NCBI GenBank assembly: GCA_964057225.1
Contig: OZ059894.1
Span: 9,300,001 to 9,364,000, forward strand
Origin: Auanema rhodensis
Taxonomy: Eukaryota > Animalia > Nematoda
Reading direction: 5' to 3'
DNA length: 64,000 bases
Under the pieces are notes generated by a model. That model worked only from the letters and a program-made list of their open reading frames with translations. It did not search any database and was not told where the DNA came from. Positions 61,401 through 64,000 of the stretch are shown piece after piece. Every line of letters begins with the position of its first letter. Position 1 is the first letter of the stretch. The position numbers and the translations under genes were made by a program.

Positions 61401-63142
61401 TATGGTTAAAGAATTTTGTGAATTACCTTATCTAAAAACTGATATTCGAAATCACTTGGTTGATCAGTTAGAACACCTTAGACTACCTAATCCTCCTCAA
61501 TTCATTGCACCCGAAGTTTCAGTAATTCTGCTTCTTTTCTTCTGTTTTCCACTCTATTATACTTTAAGGAATGTGTTTGGGATGAAGCTAGTTATAGGAA
61601 TGCCTTACACTTGTACATAGCAGTGCTTTCAACTGATGCCTCGCTCTTACTTCCCCTTGCTCGTGTTTATGCGGATTCTAGCAAAGACTTCAAGAAGGTA
61701 CTTTTGCTACATTTATCTCATATATTCTAACCTTTTCTAATGTAAGGTTGTGCAAAATTCGATAGATTCTGCAGTCCGCTCTATTGGTATACACAATAGA
61801 GAAATTTTGAGATTTATTGAGGAATGTCCTCATGGCGCTGAACCTTTAGTTGCCAAAGTTGTAAATCTTTTGACTGAAAGAGGTATGATCAATCATCTAA
61901 GTAATCATTTCTAAGTGAGGATTGCAGATACTGTAACGAAGGATCTAGTTGTTCGTTTGAAAACTCTACAAGAAGAACGTAATGCTGATGTTCGTACGAT
62001 GATTCCTGTATTGAATGGTCTTGAAAAGGTAGAGCTATATCGTAGATTTTTGTTTAAGATATCAAGTTTTTAGGCTGATATTATTAAAATTCTTCCTCAA
62101 TTTGTGCTTAAAAGTGTCAATCAAAGGACAGTTCGTAGTGTATTTAAGAAACTTCTTCTCGGACGTCGTAAGACTTTGGTGGAATCCACTACTATAATTA
62201 CAATATTTCGATTTTCAGATATTGACACAGGTGAACCAGTTTTGACAGGATTTGAACTAGTATACGAGTATCATTTAATCAATCCATCTACTTCAAATGA
62301 AGAAGAAACTCAGATAGAAAGTATGTTCTGAACTTGAAAGAACTTGAATTTTGACAAAAAATTCAGATTTGCGTGATTTATTAGAATATCTTCCGAAGGA
62401 AGCCGTTGCTAATGCTGTTGAAAAATTATTGGATATTAGGCCAATTCCCTTATTGTTTTACTCCACTATAGTTGCTGTAATCGACAAGGTTTACAATGTT
62501 TTAAAATCAAGTTTAATGTTTTTCTTTAAACTTACAGTATCCTTCATTGGACGGGTTCCTATCAAATGTTTTACAAAAATTAATTAGTAAAGAGTTGTGG
62601 AAAGTTAGTGAACAGACGAGGATTGCATTTTTCCGAGCACTTAGCCAACTCAAAATTGTTGCTTATACGGCAAGTTGTTTGTATATAGGATCTAAGTGAC
62701 AGCCTAATTCTAGCCTATCCTAACATGTTTTTCAACTGACGAGTTCTTAGAATATATGGATTATCATGTAGCTAATGGAACGAAAACTGAAACTTTGAAG
62801 TTCTTGAATAAGCATTTACCTACCCTTTCAACACATCAACAGAAATCGATCAGGTAAATCAGTTATTCTCTTCTTTTCATTTCATGATTACAATTTCCAG
62901 CTCAACGATGATGGATCTGATAAAGGGGCGAGAAGAACGCAAGGAAATGGATAAAGAAGAGAAAGAACGTGATCGAGAACGAGAAAAAGAAAAAGAGGAA
63001 CGCCGAGAGCGTGAACGAGAGAGGGAAAGAGAAAAATCAAAAGTAAGATCTATCATAGAAGTCTTCAACTATATTCTTACATCTTACATTGAATTTTCAG
63101 AAAGAATCACGTAGGGAATCTAGACGGTTGTCAGCAGATTAA
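58452..63142 (+). CDS. symk-1: Symplekin (pre-mRNA 3'-end processing scaffold)
   Basis: LLDNFLDEMLEF; DNEG|VRTMIIKFLETAVLAQ; IARQRPDYM; LHANLPPTLGTSQ|VKSVRKELKLH; LPDEIPPAFMSSYTPISAAG; RTDLALLWIAELY; ECPHGAE; DVRTMIPVL; an RE/KE-rich tail; stop at 63140-63142. Confidence 0.96.
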
Positions 63143-63307
63143 TCGGGTGCTCTTTGTTACTGGTGATGTTTTGTTAATATTGTTATATTTCTTAAATAAA
63201 ATACTAAATATACATTAATTATTTTTTTATTTCTTTACTCGGTTTTCCATATGTGTTTAATATGAAATATGAACCAGCAAATGTAGTACAGTTTGAATAG
63301 TTCTAAC
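63143..63307 (+). promoter_or_regulatory. Operon-type intercistronic region (poly(A) signal, U-rich element, trans-splice acceptor)
   Basis: AATAAA at 63195-63200, T-rich tract at about 63219-63250, AG acceptor at 63300 (100 nt after the AATAAA), ATG at 63308. Confidence 0.65.
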
Positions 63308-64000
63308 ATGAGTTCTTCTAATCTACCTTCGCCTACTTTTGTGCATCATGGAATCAAGGCATCCTGCTGCTCAACGTTTTCAATGAATGACACAGAATAT
63401 CTTATAGTCGGAACATCTAACGGAAAATGCTCTCTTTGCAATATATCAACTTATAAGTTTATAGAAACAATATATGGTTTGCATTCCTAATTTTGAGCAT
63501 GAAGAAGTTCTAAATGTATCCAGATGATCCAGAGAAGCGGTCCATTGTTGGTGTTGGATCTACGCATGAAAATACAATTCTTGCTCATGTTCGCAGCTTT
63601 GCTATCATTTTTTTTTCGAAAAACGAATCAGTTTGGGAGCAAACCAAACAAATTGATGTAGATCATTATGGGTTTTGTTCCATTAAGATCACTCCAACAA
63701 GCTTAATTTTCCCTGACTGCGAGGTTTGTAGTTATTATTTTTATATGAAACTTGAGAAAATGGTTTAGAGAGCTCAAAGTTTTATAAGAATTCACAAATC
63801 AGGCAAAGAACTTGACAGGTGCTTATTCTCAATAACTGAAATTCATCTTCTTGATTTCAGAATTAACCTAGGGGATCAAGTTACTCCTCTCTGTATTGAT
63901 GTTCTAAGCTCTTCAGAAACAATTTTTGTAGGAGATGATTCAGGAACCTTGACTATATCTAGGAATGAGCAACAGACTACTGTAATTTAAAACGAATAAT
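63308..64000 (+). CDS. WD40-repeat protein, probably GNB1L/ASA1-like; 3' part is outside the window
   Basis: MSSSNLPSPTFVHHG..YLIVGTSNGKCSLCNI..|DDPEKRSIVGV..ILAHVR..IDVDHYGFCSI; later exon TPLCIDV..IFVGDDSG. Beta-propeller periodicity and the P-x-P..H start plus GFC motif recall GNB1L/Asa1. Confidence 0.6.

Noticed and set aside
1-64000. Autonomous transposon, telomeric (TTAGGC)n array, rRNA, SL RNA or programmed-DNA-elimination break motif
   Set aside because: No transposase or RT ORF, long terminal repeats, telomere arrays or matching RNA sequences were seen. An elimination motif cannot be assessed without a position-weight-matrix scan.

Overview
AT-rich eukaryotic DNA with very short introns (mostly about 43-60 nt, TTTCAG/TTTTAG acceptors), operon-like gene pairs and nematode-type gene families. 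This points to a rhabditid (clade V-type) nematode; the species cannot be determined from the window. The first ~16 kb has no supportable gene and is rich in CT microsatellites. By manual splicing the rest contains, in order: (+) an aminergic-like class A GPCR (dop-5-like, Asp3.32 replaced by Gly); (-) a nematode globin with N- and C-terminal extensions; (+) PHF10 followed closely by PPP1R21/FERRY Fy-2; (-) an SLC22 transporter with two alternative first exons, head-to-head with (+) a very divergent Cys-loop ion channel subunit; (+) a patched-related (PTR) gene; (-) a small secreted PLA2-fold protein; (-) SCYL1, with an antisense intronic tRNA-Phe(GAA), head-to-head with (+) symplekin; and (+) a GNB1L/ASA1-like WD40 gene truncated by the window end. 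The most notable observations are the degenerate channel/transporter pair, a hidden alternative terminal exon giving a PHD-less PHF10, the GPCR pocket with catechol serines but no amine counter-ion, and a helically phased E-box array at a distal PTR first exon. All gene models and family calls come from hand translation and motif recognition; no database searches were run.
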